Positions 9,601-20,633 of a stretch of 64,000 bases of DNA are shown here, piece after piece. Positions within the stretch are counted from its first letter, which is position 1. Each line of letters begins with the position of its first letter. The stretch is from Myxococcales bacterium. Its GTDB lineage: Bacteria; Myxococcota_A; Polyangia; Polyangiales; DASUME01. The DNA lies in assembly GCA_047601445.1 (NCBI GenBank), contig JASGJH010000001.1, positions 1,792,001 to 1,856,000 on the forward strand, in the 5' to 3' direction. The translations under genes were made by a program, and so were the position numbers. Below the pieces are notes generated by a model, which was not told where the DNA came from, ran no database searches, and saw only the letters and a list, made by a program, of their open reading frames with translations.

Positions 9601-12600
9601 CTCCCCGCTCTGGCGCTCCTGACCTTGCATGCGAGTGGCAACGATGCCGACGCCATCGAGCGGGCCTTGCGCGTCGCCCTGGCCGCCGAGCGCTACGGTG
9701 AGGGCACCATCCTGCTCGCAGGTGGCGTGCTCGACCGCCTCTGGCTGCTCGGCCATCGGAAGCAGGCGGTCTCTGCGGTGCTGCTGGCGGTCGACGAGCT
9801 CGGGGAGAACGCGGACAGCCTGCTCGACTGGGCCGCCCAATGCGTGGACGAACTCGACGACGCCCGCCTCACGCGCGCCGTCCTGGAGCGCATGGTGGTG
9901 CGAGCCACCGGCGAAGCGCGCAGCGCGGCGCTGCGCAAGCTCGCGCTGTTTCACCAGGCGCAAGGCACTCGCAGCGGAGAGGCCCGGGCCTACCTGCGGC
10001 TTTTGGCGCTCGAGCCCGCCGACTCGGTCGCGCTCGATCGACTCGCCTTCCTGTACGCAGAGACGCGCGAACTCGAGCGCCTGATGGCCGTGCTTACGCT
10101 GCGTCTGGAACTGAGCGAGAGCCAGAGCGAACGCCGCGAGCGGCTGCTCTCGTTGGCGTGCGCGGCGCTGGACCTGGCCGACGATCCGGCGGGCGCCGAG
10201 GATCTCGTGCGCGCCGCGCTGGCGAGCTTCCCCGAGCTCGCCGAAGAGAGCGAACCCACCATCGACGTGGTGCGTCGCGGCGTCGGCCTCCTGCTCGGCA
10301 GTCGCTCTCCGCAGCTGGCCTTCGACTTGCTGCTGTCGATGTCGGAGGTGGCGTCGGTGACGCGCGCCTGCGAGCTGGTCGACGAAGCCGTCAACATCGC
10401 CGAGCACCACCTGGGCAACCGCGATTTGGCCCTGCGGGCCGCCACGCTCGGCCTCGAGTCGCATCCCCAGTACACGGCGTTCTTGCTGCACTTCGAGCGC
10501 CTCGCGCTGGAGTTGGGAGACGTGGCCACGGGTCGCGAGGTCTATCGCCACCTGGCGAGCGCAGCGATGGGCATCCACGGACGCCGTGCCCTGCTCTACC
10601 GCGCGGGACGCTGGCTCGAGCGCGCAGGCGCTCCGTCGGACGCGCTGGAGGCCGTCGAGCATGCCTTCGCGTTGGCGCCCAGCGAGGGCGCGATGCTGAC
10701 CGCCCTCGAGCGCCTGGCGCGGGTCGCAGGTGAGCACGAGGCCCTGGTGAGGGCGCTGGATTTGCTGGCCCAGGGCGCAAGCGTGGCGCGCGAGAGGAGC
10801 CGGCTCCTGCTGCGCGCCGGGCGGGTCTGCGACGAGGACATGGGCAACCCGGATACGGCCCTCCTCTGCTACGAGCGGGCACTGCGAGCCTGGCCGGACC
10901 AGGAGAGCGAGGGCTTGGCGTTCGCCTGCCTCACGCGCATCGGACCGACCTCCCAGGAGTCGGCGGCGCAGCGCTTGCGCGCCCTGTTCACGGAGCAGGC
11001 CCAGGATGCCTGGGCGACCAAACCGCGCGTGCAGGCACTGCTCTCGCTGGCCCGCCTGGAGCTCGGTTACGGGCGCGGCCCCAGCGAGGCGGACGGCCAC
11101 CTGCGTCACGCGCGCGATGCCATCGAGCAAGACGAGGACCTGCCCGAGGCCGATCGCGCCGAGCTCCTGCTCTTGCACAGCTCGCTCCACGCTGCGTTGG
11201 GCGCGCCGAGCATCGAGGACATGACCTCGGAAGGGCACACCGAGACCACCGAGAACCCGGACGCGATCGCGTCCGAGCCCGCCACATCTCAGGATCTCGA
11301 CGAGTCTCGCCCGCGCGAGACCCTCGAGTTCTCGCCTGCCATGCTCGCCGACGCAGCCGCCGCGCGCAGCGGAGCCGAATCCGGCCTCGCCAGTAGCGTG
11401 CCCGCGCACCCGCCCTCCGAGCGCCCTTACGATCCGCGCGAGCGCAGCGCTGCCCCTGCGCCGCGCACGCAGCCCATCAACCACAACGAGCGCAACCTGG
11501 TGTCGCGCCGGCGCAGCCATACCGATCCCGGCCTCCAGCCCGCAGCCCCCGCGCGGCAGGCCCGCACCAGCTCCACCTTCGAGGCCCGCTCAACCCAGCT
11601 CGGGTTCCGCACCCTGCCCGGCAGTGCCAGCTTGGCGGACGTGCGTGAAGGCGACGAGCCCGCGCCGCGCGCGCGCGAGCCCGCGCGTTCCTCGCTACGA
11701 CCCATCCAACCGCCCGAGCCGGCCGAGAGTGTGCTCCCGGTCAACTCCGCGGATGATCGCCTGCTCGGGGCCCTGCTGGCAGGGGACACCGACGCGCTCG
11801 GGTCGCTCCTGGCAAGCCCGCCGGCCAACCCGACCCACAGCGACGCCCTGTGCGCTGCGCTACTAGCCAAGGTCCGGACCACCGGCCGCACCAACGTACC
11901 GGTCCTGCGCGCGCTGCGGCTACTCGGTAGCAACTACCCTGCCCTCGTCGCCGTCTGCGGCGAAGCCATCGCGTTCTTCGATCCGCCCGCCTCTACGACG
12001 CCCGAAGCCACACCTCCGCAACACCACGAGGCGAGCTTCGCCGAGACCCTGCTCGCCGCGCGCGATGACGGCGAGCTCGCCCCCACCTTTACCCTGCTCG
12101 CCCACGTGGCCCAGGGCGCCGCGCCGTTGTTCCGTCGCACGCTGAGCTCCTACGGCGTCTCCGCGAGCGACTTCATCGGTCGCAGCGAAGAGAGCTCCTT
12201 CGCCCGCCCCCTTCAGGAGGTGGCCGCGCGCTTCGGCGTCGAACACGACGTCTATCTTCGGCACACCGGCGAGGACCGACTCACCTTGGTGCCCACCAAC
12301 CCAAGCGCCATCCTCATCGGCGACGGCACCACCGAAGACCCCGCCGTGCTGCGGTATCGATTCGCGCGCATGTTCGAGTGCGCCCGGCCCGGGAGCTCCT
12401 TGATCGCCACGCTCGCGCCCGAATCCGCGCAGAACCTCATGTCTGCCGTGCGAGCCGCGTTCGGTCCCGCGGACTCCAAAGGCCCACCGGTGGCCCGCGA
12501 AGCGGCCGCACTCGCAGCCGAGCTCTGGCGCACCATGCCCTCGAGCACGCAGCGCCAGGTGAGCAACCTGTTCCGCGTGCTCGCCAGCCTACCCGCGCTG

Positions 12601-12852
12601 CCCGAACTCATTCAGCACCTCAGCCTGCGCGCGGCGCGCGTAGGACTCGTGCTGGGCAACTCGCTGGACGTGGCGCTCGCTCAGTTCGGCAAGGACTGGG
12701 ACGCGGACTCGCGCCCGATTCAGCCCACGGCTCAGGATCTCGACCAGGCACTGCGCGAGCGTCCCGCAGTGCGCGGCCTGGTGGCCTTCGCATTGTCGGA
12801 GAACCACTTGAGCCTGCGCGCGGCAGTCCTACCCGGAAATCGACAAGACTGA
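6693..12852 (+). CDS. Giant (~2050 aa) DUF4388-like / TPR-repeat protein interrupted by a +1 frameshift near 8563-8569
   Basis: ORF 6693.. is protein-like up to ALSALTQ and then degrades. Removing one base in ACCCAGAATC joins it in frame (...IAEADAEPRRVSEALE) to ORF 8599..12852. Helical TPR-like repeats run throughout. Confidence 0.8.
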
Positions 12853-12880
12853 GACGCGCAGCGGGGCGTCCGAGACGGGT

Positions 12881-13579
12881 CTAGAGCTTGCAGCTCGTAT
12901 CGGGCGCCGTGCACTGGCAGGCGTTGGCGAAGGCGTCGAGGCCGCCCAGGCTCTGGCAGTAGTCCATCACCGTGCACCCTTCGCCCTGAACCGGACTCGT
13001 GTATTCGAGGTTGATCGGCCACAGCCACTCGCCGGACTCCACCTCTTCACCGCCGTCAGTCACACCCTTGACCTTCACGGCGACCACGACCTGCGTCTCG
13101 GGCTGGCCGCCGAGCACGTTCTCGCGCAAGCGATCGGCGTAGTTCGACGGGATCAACGTGACGCTCATGACGCCGTGTCCGCCTGGCGGCACCGTCCCCG
13201 AGCCCGCGAAGGGGAACGGATTGTCGAGTCCCGGGATGTCGAGTCGAGCTCCGTTGGGCTTGCGAATCTCGATGGTGGCCCCGGTGAGCGAAAGACGATT
13301 GGGCTCCGGTCGCGGCGGCACATTGCTGGCGCGCGGCTTGAGCCCGCTCTCGACGCCGAGCGCAGCGTCGTACTGCTTCGCCGCGGCCAGGTTCATCACG
13401 CCCTTGAAGACGCAGGTATCGGACTCTGGATTGAACGTGCATCCATCGTCGGCGACGTCGGGGCTGATCGAGCACACCACGTGGAGCGATCCACCGTCGT
13501 CCACGCAGCCCGCGACGCTCGCCAGGCTAGCCATCAGCCCCGCGAAAGCCGCGACTCTCAGCGAGTTGCTCCGATCCAT
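12881..13579 (-). CDS. Cys-rich hypothetical lipoprotein
   Basis: Signal peptide with lipobox SVAG-C; multiple Cys; GGAGG SD upstream. Confidence 0.8.
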   Translation of the reverse strand: MDRSNSLRVAAFAGLMASLASVAGCVDDGGSLHVVCSISPDVADDGCTFNPESDTCVFKGVMNLAAAKQYDAALGVESGLKPRASNVPPRPEPNRLSLTGATIEIRKPNGARLDIPGLDNPFPFAGSGTVPPGGHGVMSVTLIPSNYADRLRENVLGGQPETQVVVAVKVKGVTDGGEEVESGEWLWPINLEYTSPVQGEGCTVMDYCQSLGGLDAFANACQCTAPDTSCKL

Positions 13580-13697
13580 TCAACCCCTCCAAAACGCGAC
13601 CCCTCGCACGAGGCACGCCTCCTAGACTCTATCGAGTCGCGGGAGAGGCTGACAAATTTTGCGGCATGCCCACAAAAGCCGCCGCCACGCGCACGGC

Positions 13698-15281
13698 TCA
13701 GCTGCGAACCAGGCGTTTCACTTCGTCGAGTGCGAGCGGCTCGAGCTTGGTCTCACCGGGTGCGCCGGGCACCACAAAGCGCACCTTGCCGCCCTTACGC
13801 TTCTTGTCGGAGCCCAGGAATTCCAGTGTCTTGTCGTCCAAATAGGCGTCCAAGTTCACGGGCAATCCGAGCTTCTCCAGCAGTCTCGTCAGGCGCGCCA
13901 CGTCGTCCGCGCTGGCCACACCGAGCGCCTTCGAGAGGCGGAACGCCGCGACCATGCCCAGCGATACGGCCTCACCGTGCCGCAGCCCCGCGAAGCCCGT
14001 GGCCGCCTCGATAGCGTGCCCCACCGTGTGCCCGAAGTTGAGCAGCGCTCGGACGCCCGTCTCACGCTCGTCCTCGGTGACGATGCGCGCCTTCAGCTGC
14101 ACCGACATCCGCACGGCATCGGTGGTGGCATCGAAATCACCCGCCACCAGGTCCTCGGCGCGCTCCTCCAACAAACGTACGCTCTGCTCACCATCGAGCC
14201 ACGCCGATTTCACGACCTCGGCAAGCCCCGCCCGCCGCTCCGCGAGCGGCAGCGTGGTGAGCGTCTCCACATCGCACAGCACGAAGCGCGGCTGATGGAA
14301 GCTTCCGATCAGATTCTTGCCCTCCGGACGATCGATGCCCGTCTTGCCCCCCACGGCGCTATCCACCATCGCGAGCAGCGTGGTGGGCAGCTGCCCGAAA
14401 GAGAGCCCGCGCAGGATGGTCGACGCTGCAAAGGCCGCCATGTCGCCGACCACGCCGCCACCCACCGCCACCACCAAGGTATCCCGGTCCACCCCGGCGC
14501 CCAGCGCAGCGTCCCAAATGCGCTCGATGCTCGCGATGTTCTTGTGCTGTTCTCCTGCCGGCAAGCACACGGTGGTCACCTTGAAGCCCGCCTCGGCCAG
14601 CTCCTGCCCCGCGCGATTGCCCCAGGGCTCCTCGACACCGGTGTCGGTCACCAACACCACCTGGCTGCCGGATACGGCGCCGCGCGCGCGCTGCGCCAGC
14701 GCATGACGCGAGCCCGCCCCTACTTCGACGCGGTACGTGCGTTCGCCCAGCGGCACCACGATGGAAGCATCGGTCACGATGCGATCGACCGCCTGGGCCA
14801 GGTCGCGCACCGAGAGGTGGTCCGTGTCGAGCTCGGCGTGGCATTCCGCGTAGGCGGCCGCACGCTGCTCGAGCACGCTCGTCAGGCGCTGGCGCACCTC
14901 GGCGTTCGATCCCGTGAGCAAAGGCCGCCCCTTGCCCGAGCCGACGCGAGCGCACAGCGTATCGAGCGAGGCGCGCAAGGTGATCAAGGTACCCTCGCGC
15001 AGCAACCGACGGCGCGACCCTTGATCCACCACCGTGCCCCCTCCGAGGGCCACGACCTTGGCGCTAGGATCACTCAGGATCTCGGCCAGCAGCGTGCGCT
15101 CGAGCTCACGGAAGACGCTCTCCCCGCGGCGCTCGAAGATCTGGGGGATGGAAAGCCCCGCTCGCTGCTCGATGCGCTGGTCCAGGTCGACCACCGGACA
15201 GCGCCACAACTCACCCAGGGCTGCCGCGACCTGCGACTTTCCGCTGCCCATGGGACCCGACAAGAACACGCGCTCAGACAT
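13698..15281 (-). CDS. aroB: Bifunctional shikimate kinase / 3-dehydroquinate synthase (AroK-AroB fusion)
   Basis: N-terminal GPMGSGKS, ALGGG and GRPLL (AroK). C-terminal GGGVVGD, PTTLLAMVDSAVGGKTG, GKNLIGSFHQP, LNFGHTVGHAIE, HGEAV (AroB). Confidence 0.95.
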   Translation of the reverse strand: MSERVFLSGPMGSGKSQVAAALGELWRCPVVDLDQRIEQRAGLSIPQIFERRGESVFRELERTLLAEILSDPSAKVVALGGGTVVDQGSRRRLLREGTLITLRASLDTLCARVGSGKGRPLLTGSNAEVRQRLTSVLEQRAAAYAECHAELDTDHLSVRDLAQAVDRIVTDASIVVPLGERTYRVEVGAGSRHALAQRARGAVSGSQVVLVTDTGVEEPWGNRAGQELAEAGFKVTTVCLPAGEQHKNIASIERIWDAALGAGVDRDTLVVAVGGGVVGDMAAFAASTILRGLSFGQLPTTLLAMVDSAVGGKTGIDRPEGKNLIGSFHQPRFVLCDVETLTTLPLAERRAGLAEVVKSAWLDGEQSVRLLEERAEDLVAGDFDATTDAVRMSVQLKARIVTEDERETGVRALLNFGHTVGHAIEAATGFAGLRHGEAVSLGMVAAFRLSKALGVASADDVARLTRLLEKLGLPVNLDAYLDDKTLEFLGSDKKRKGGKVRFVVPGAPGETKLEPLALDEVKRLVRS

Positions 15282-15346
15282 CAGGCCCGAAGTCTGTCCC
15301 GAAATGCCCGATCAGGCACGAAGCCTGATTCCGCGGCAATTTCAGG

Positions 15347-17581
15347 TCACTTTTGGGCCGACATCAGCGCCTGATCGCGATTCACGATGCGCGGTGTAAT
15401 GAAGATCAAGAGCTCGCTGCGCTGGTCGAGCATGCGGCGGCGCTGGAACAGGAGCCCGAGGATCGGGATGTCTCCGAAGAACGGGACCTGGTCCACCGTG
15501 CGGCCGCTGTTGCGGGTGTAGATGCCGCCGATCACCGCGGTGTGCCCGTCGGCGATGAGGAGCTCGGTGTTGGCCTCGCGCTTGAGGATGGTGGGCTGAC
15601 CGTTGGCGCCCGTGCGGGTGAAGTCCGGCTCGTTGCGCGTGACGTGCACCTTCATGGCCACCGAACCATCGGCGGTCACGTGCGGCGTGACGCTGAGCTC
15701 GAGCACGGCGGTCTGGAACGCCGTCTGCACGCCCTGCGCGCTCACCTGCGAGTAGGGGATCTGGGTACCCTGCGAGATCTTGGCGGCGTGGTTGTCGAGC
15801 GTGAGCACGCGCGGCGAGCTGATGATCTTCACCGCGCCCGTGGACTCGGCGGCGCTCAGGCGCACGTTCAAGTTGTAGTTGCCGTCCACACTGCCGAAGG
15901 TGAGGCCCAGCGCGCCACCCGCCCCGGTACCCGTGGCAGCCGGCAAGTTGACCGCGAAGTTGGGCACCGGCGTCGTCGCCGCCAGCGGAGACAAGCCCTG
16001 GGTGGGCGTCTGACCGTCGTAGGCACCGCCCGCCATGCCGATGTTGCTGGGGAACACCAGGCCGGTCTGGTTGCCGAAAGCCTGGTTGAAGGAGACGTCA
16101 CCGCCCCACTGGATGCCGACGTCGCGCACGTAGTTGCTGGTGGCTTCGACGATGCGCGCTTCCACCAGGACCTGCGCCGTCTGCGTGTCGAGCGTACGCA
16201 CCAACTCTTCCACGTCGTCCAGGCTCTCGATGATGTCGCGCACGATGAGCACGTTGGTGCGCTCGTCCACCGAGACGTTTCCGCGTTCGGTCAAGAGCTC
16301 GCGCACGCGCGGCTCCACGTCCTTGGCGGTGGCGTAGCTCACCGGCACGAGCCGCGTCTCCACGGGCGCCAGGGCCACTTGCTGCTTCTGGCGCGCCAGC
16401 GCGAGCTCGCGCTCCTTCTCGAGCACTTCCTGGGGCGCCACGCGAATCAGGTTGCCCTTGCGTTCGGCGCCGAGCCCCTTGGCCTGCAGAATCACGTCGA
16501 GCGCTTGATCCCAGGGCACGTCGCGCATGCGAATGGTCACCGAGCCGCTGACGTCGTCGCTGGTCACCACGTTCACGCCGCCGACCTCGGCCAGCAGGCG
16601 CAGGATGTTGTGGATGTCGGCGTCCTTGAAGTCCAGGTCGATGCGACGCCCGGTGTACTTGGTAGGCGTGCCCGACTTGGCCTGCATGGCCTGGCCGCTG
16701 ACGAACGAAGCGACCTCCTCGGAGTCGATCTCCACCGGAGCGGCCGGCACCAGCGTGCGCGGCTTGGGCGTGCCTGCTTCGGCGCGCTCGCTCGGCGCGA
16801 ACAACCACACGATGCGGTTCCCCTCGCGAATCGCGGTGCCCGAGGAGTCCGGCGTGCGCTCGACCTCGACCAGCACGCGGTCCCCGTCGTGGCTCACTTG
16901 CACGCCCTTCACCACCTCGAGCCCCTCGCGCGTGATCTTGCGCTGGGCCGAGGCACCGATGGCGGCGCCCTTGATCTCGAGCCGGGCTGGGCCCACGGCT
17001 CCCGGATAGACGCGGAACTCCGCGGGCCGACTCAACTCGACGACCACGCGTTCGCGACCATCCCGTCGCTCGAGCAAGACGTTGCGGACTTCGGAGCTGC
17101 GCCCCTCCCCACTGCTCGCGGTCGCGAGCTCGGCCTTGTCACCTGCGACCGGCACGGCCGCCGTCGAGGCCGCGTCGAGCTCCTCGAGCGCCACGATGAT
17201 GTCGCCGTCCTTCACACGCGCGCGATAGGAGGCAGGCTCCCGCAGCGAAAGCTCGATGCGCACGCCCTGGGCGCTGGTGCTGGCGGTGGCGGACTTGACG
17301 AGGTCGGCGCCCGCGCCGAGCAGCACGCTCTCGTTTTCGAGCGACGCACCGGCCACGTCGATGACCACCACGTTGCCGCCGTCACGCGTACGAACTGCGT
17401 AGCTCGGAGCCTCGAAATTGCCGTCGAGGACGACCTCCGCACGGCCCCCCTGGCCTCGCACTTTCACCTGTGTCAGCGCCGCCTTGGACGCCTCGGCGCG
17501 CGCCTTGTGCGCACCTTGAGTCGTCATCAGCGCGAGCGCCAACAAGGTCGTCAGTCGAAAGCCTTGCCGCATGAACGCCAT
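15347..17581 (-). CDS. pilQ: Type IV pilus secretin PilQ
   Basis: AMIN-like N-terminus; YTGRRIDLDFKDADIHNILRLL, VPWDQALD, QVLVEARIVE, VPFFGDIPILGLLF, ELLIFITPRI. Confidence 0.95.
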   Translation of the reverse strand: MAFMRQGFRLTTLLALALMTTQGAHKARAEASKAALTQVKVRGQGGRAEVVLDGNFEAPSYAVRTRDGGNVVVIDVAGASLENESVLLGAGADLVKSATASTSAQGVRIELSLREPASYRARVKDGDIIVALEELDAASTAAVPVAGDKAELATASSGEGRSSEVRNVLLERRDGRERVVVELSRPAEFRVYPGAVGPARLEIKGAAIGASAQRKITREGLEVVKGVQVSHDGDRVLVEVERTPDSSGTAIREGNRIVWLFAPSERAEAGTPKPRTLVPAAPVEIDSEEVASFVSGQAMQAKSGTPTKYTGRRIDLDFKDADIHNILRLLAEVGGVNVVTSDDVSGSVTIRMRDVPWDQALDVILQAKGLGAERKGNLIRVAPQEVLEKERELALARQKQQVALAPVETRLVPVSYATAKDVEPRVRELLTERGNVSVDERTNVLIVRDIIESLDDVEELVRTLDTQTAQVLVEARIVEATSNYVRDVGIQWGGDVSFNQAFGNQTGLVFPSNIGMAGGAYDGQTPTQGLSPLAATTPVPNFAVNLPAATGTGAGGALGLTFGSVDGNYNLNVRLSAAESTGAVKIISSPRVLTLDNHAAKISQGTQIPYSQVSAQGVQTAFQTAVLELSVTPHVTADGSVAMKVHVTRNEPDFTRTGANGQPTILKREANTELLIADGHTAVIGGIYTRNSGRTVDQVPFFGDIPILGLLFQRRRMLDQRSELLIFITPRIVNRDQALMSAQK

Positions 17582-17701
17582 CTCCCTCTTCTAGCCCTGG
17601 TCGAGATTTTCGGATCCCCACCGGTTTTTGCGCAAAAAAAGAACGCACCAGGGTGATCTCGAAGCCTCGAGACACGCCCGTGCGCGTGCGACTGTGTGCG
17701 A

Positions 17702-18346
17702 TCAGCCTTCGTCGCCCCGCGCGCCGGCGATGGCGTTCTGATCGGCTTCGTCCGCAGGGTGCAGCGGGATCACCTGGATCAGCGGCGGACGGTTGGGGCC
17801 CGTGGGGTCTTCACGCGCCAGCACCACCTCGTTCTCACGAATGCGGTCCACGCGCCAGTTGAGGGCTACCGGTAGGTTCTCCGCGCCCCCCGTCTGCACC
17901 ACGTCGGCCTGCCCGACGAAGTCGCCGCGGCTCGTCACGTGGCCGACCCCCCGCTCGTCCACGATCATGGCGCGCGGCTGGTCGATTCCCGTGATGATGG
18001 CGATGAGGCGCATGGCCTTGAGCGGCGTGGTCGGCATCAGCACCGTGCGCTGTGCCACCACGGCCGTCTTGCCCTTGAGCTCGATGGCGAAGTTACGGAA
18101 CGGATCGCGGTTGGCATCGCTCTCCACGAAGTCCGAGTCACGCAAGGGACGCAGGACCTCGGGGGCCGCAGCGGTCGCCGCAGCCGCAGGCGCCGAACCG
18201 GCGGTCGGAGCCGCAGGCTTGAGCTCGGGCAGGGTGGTGGTGGTGGGCAGCGCCTCGCTGTCGCCGCAGGCCGAGAGCGCGAGCGTGCACGCGACCAGGC
18301 ACGGTCCGAGCGTGCGCCCCCGTGAACGGGTGAGCTTGGTGCGCAT
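17702..18346 (-). CDS. pilP: Type IV pilus lipoprotein PilP
   Basis: Lipobox LSAC, RDPF motif and AIITGIDQPRAMIVD; lies between pilO and pilQ. Alternative GTG start at 18358. Confidence 0.88.
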   Translation of the reverse strand: MRTKLTRSRGRTLGPCLVACTLALSACGDSEALPTTTTLPELKPAAPTAGSAPAAAATAAAPEVLRPLRDSDFVESDANRDPFRNFAIELKGKTAVVAQRTVLMPTTPLKAMRLIAIITGIDQPRAMIVDERGVGHVTSRGDFVGQADVVQTGGAENLPVALNWRVDRIRENEVVLAREDPTGPNRPPLIQVIPLHPADEADQNAIAGARGDEG

Positions 18347-18354
18347 GGGCGACC

Positions 18355-18927
18355 TCACGCGTCCTTCCGGCGGAAGGTGGTGGCGAGCACGCCAACCTTC
18401 AGCACCAGGCCCTCACCTTGCTCCTGGGGATCCGAGAGCACGATGTTCTCCATGTTGATGGCGCGCTGCAGCCGGCTGACGTTGTAGAAGAACTTGGCCA
18501 GCTGGTGGTAGCGCCCGGAGAGCCTGAGGTTCACGGGAATGCTGTAGTAGAACTGCGCGGCCGTCTCGGGCCGCGGCTCCACTGCTTGAATGGTGAGCCC
18601 GCTCAATTCGGCGATGCGGTTCAGCTCCGCCAACATCGAGGCAATCTCGGGGTCACGCGGCAAGATGCGCATGTTCTGCAGGTCCACGACCTTGCGGGCT
18701 TCCACCTCTTCGCGCAGCTTCACGAACTGTTGCTGCAACGACTTGGCCGCCGCCAGCTCCTGGTCGAGTTGGGCTTTGCGTGACGCCGCCCCCTCGATCT
18801 GCTCGGTCAACGGGCCGTGGAAGAGCATGTAGTAGCCGACACCGAGCGCCACCAACAGGATGGCCAGCACCAGCACCTTGCTCGAGGCCGGGAGCTTCGC
18901 GAACTGCTGTCCAGCTGAGTCCGCCAT
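18355..18927 (-). CDS. pilO: Type IV pilus assembly protein PilO
   Basis: N-terminal TM and coiled coil; LPRDPEIASML and FYYSIPVNLRLSGRYHQLAKFF. Confidence 0.93.
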   Translation of the reverse strand: MADSAGQQFAKLPASSKVLVLAILLVALGVGYYMLFHGPLTEQIEGAASRKAQLDQELAAAKSLQQQFVKLREEVEARKVVDLQNMRILPRDPEIASMLAELNRIAELSGLTIQAVEPRPETAAQFYYSIPVNLRLSGRYHQLAKFFYNVSRLQRAINMENIVLSDPQEQGEGLVLKVGVLATTFRRKDA

Positions 18928-19572
18928 TTAGTACCTCACCTTGCAGGTCAACTCGAAAGCCACCGAGGCCTGGGTGTCGCCCCGAGCAGCAGACCCCGAC
19001 CCCGTGCGCACCAGCACCACGCTCTCGAACAGTCGCGAAAGCGTGAGCCGGCGCAGGAACTCGGCGATGTCTTCGTTGTTCCGCCCTGCCCCCTTGATCT
19101 GGCAGCTGCGTCCGTTCTCCTGGAAGCCCGTGATCCACAGGCGTCGCGTATCCCAACCGGGCGTGAACCCCGCCTCGGGGTTCGTCTTCCGCAGCTCGTC
19201 CAGCTTCTGCTGATCCACCGTGGGACCGCGGCCCGGGGACAGGATGGCTGACAGCTCCAGCAACATCCGCGAAGGGCCCTGACGCGCACTCAACAGGCCG
19301 TTGATGACCTCTTCCAACTTCTTGGATTGATCGAGCTGCTTCTGCAGTTCCTGGAGATTCCCGCTCTGGCCCTTGACCTTCTGGATCTGCTGCTCGAGAT
19401 CCACGTTCTGCGCCAGCGCCTGATCCAGGTCGGAGCTCAAGCTGAAGTACACGAAGGCCAGCGCGATGCACCAGGCGAACACGGCCGCGAAGTACACGTA
19501 GCCCCACACATGCGTGCCGGTGCTCGCCGCTTCCTTGCGCTTGGCCTGAGGCAGTAGGTTGATGCGAATCAT
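18928..19572 (-). CDS. pilN: Type IV pilus assembly protein PilN
   Basis: N-terminal MIRINLLP motif, TM helix, coiled coil. Confidence 0.93.
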   Translation of the reverse strand: MIRINLLPQAKRKEAASTGTHVWGYVYFAAVFAWCIALAFVYFSLSSDLDQALAQNVDLEQQIQKVKGQSGNLQELQKQLDQSKKLEEVINGLLSARQGPSRMLLELSAILSPGRGPTVDQQKLDELRKTNPEAGFTPGWDTRRLWITGFQENGRSCQIKGAGRNNEDIAEFLRRLTLSRLFESVVLVRTGSGSAARGDTQASVAFELTCKVRY

Positions 19573-20624
19573 GACGCCGCGCGCTCCTTGTCCTTGCGGA
19601 GCGCCAGGCCGAACGCCACCGCGGCGGCGGGCCCACGTCCATCGAGCTCGGGCGCGCCGAGACTCTTGCCGTCGAGCTGGGCGGCCTTGAGCGGGTCGAT
19701 GACCTCCACCGGGGCGCGACAGCGCTGCGAGATAGCTTCTTGCAGGGCACCCAGTCTCGCCGAACCGCCGGACATCACGACGCGCGCAATCTCCCGGTCA
19801 CCGCTGGTGGCCAGGTAGAAGTCGAGAGAACGCTGAATCTCACCGGCCAGGCTCAGCACGACCTCCTGGATGATGCGCGGAACTTCCTGAGGAATGATGC
19901 CGCCGCCCGAACCACACTTGTACGCCTCGGCCTCTTCCTGGCTGATGCTCAGCTGACGCTGGATCTCTTCGGTCACGGCGTTGCCGCCATTGGCGATGTC
20001 ACGCGTGAACGCGGTGTTCCCATCGGCCAGGATGTTGATCGTGGTGAGCGATGCACCGACGTGCATCAACACCGTGGTCTGTCCCTTGACGGGTGCGCCG
20101 TAGCCGGCCTCGAAACAGTTCTGCACCGTGAAGGCGTCGAGATCGATGACCTTCGCCTTCAGCTTTGCTTCGCTCGCCAAGTTGACGAGATCCTGAATCT
20201 CTTCCTTCTTGGCCGCGACCAGGAGCACGTCCATCTGGCCCTCTTCCTGGCGACGACGTAGGACCTGGTAGTCGAGCTCCACGTCGGAGACATCGAAGGG
20301 GATGTGCTGCTCTGCTTCCCACGCGACCTGCTCGCGTAGCTCGGCCGCAGTCATCAAGGGCATGGTGACCTTCTTGATGATCACGCTGTGTCCGCTGATG
20401 CGCAGCGCGACGTCCTTACGGCGCTGCTTGTGGAACAGCTTGTCGAGGCCTTCGATGACGGCCGCCGAGTTCATGATGTGGCCGTCGACGATGCTCTGAG
20501 ACGGAAGCGGGTGATACCCGAAGCGGACGAGCGAGCGCGCGCCCTTCCGGCCTTCCTTGATCTCACAGACCTTAATCGAGCTCGACCCGATGTCGACGCC
20601 GATGAGGTTTTTGCCCTCGGACAT
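19569..20624 (-). CDS. pilM: Type IV pilus assembly protein PilM
   Basis: Actin-like motifs GVDIGSSSIK, EAEQHIPFD, VLLVAAKKE, EIQRSLDFY, SGGSA, GLALR. Confidence 0.95.
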   Translation of the reverse strand: MSEGKNLIGVDIGSSSIKVCEIKEGRKGARSLVRFGYHPLPSQSIVDGHIMNSAAVIEGLDKLFHKQRRKDVALRISGHSVIIKKVTMPLMTAAELREQVAWEAEQHIPFDVSDVELDYQVLRRRQEEGQMDVLLVAAKKEEIQDLVNLASEAKLKAKVIDLDAFTVQNCFEAGYGAPVKGQTTVLMHVGASLTTINILADGNTAFTRDIANGGNAVTEEIQRQLSISQEEAEAYKCGSGGGIIPQEVPRIIQEVVLSLAGEIQRSLDFYLATSGDREIARVVMSGGSARLGALQEAISQRCRAPVEVIDPLKAAQLDGKSLGAPELDGRGPAAAVAFGLALRKDKERAAS

Positions 20625-20633
20625 GTGGGAGCA

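Noticed and set aside
15353..17656. Long antisense or alternative-frame ORFs (e.g. 15353-17656 +, 4981-6717 -, 9037-11520 -, 13659-15374 +, 27661-29424 +, 54987-56960 -, 63054-63956 -)
   Set aside because: Shadow ORFs caused by high GC3 codon bias. They overlap well-supported genes and have no recognisable motifs.
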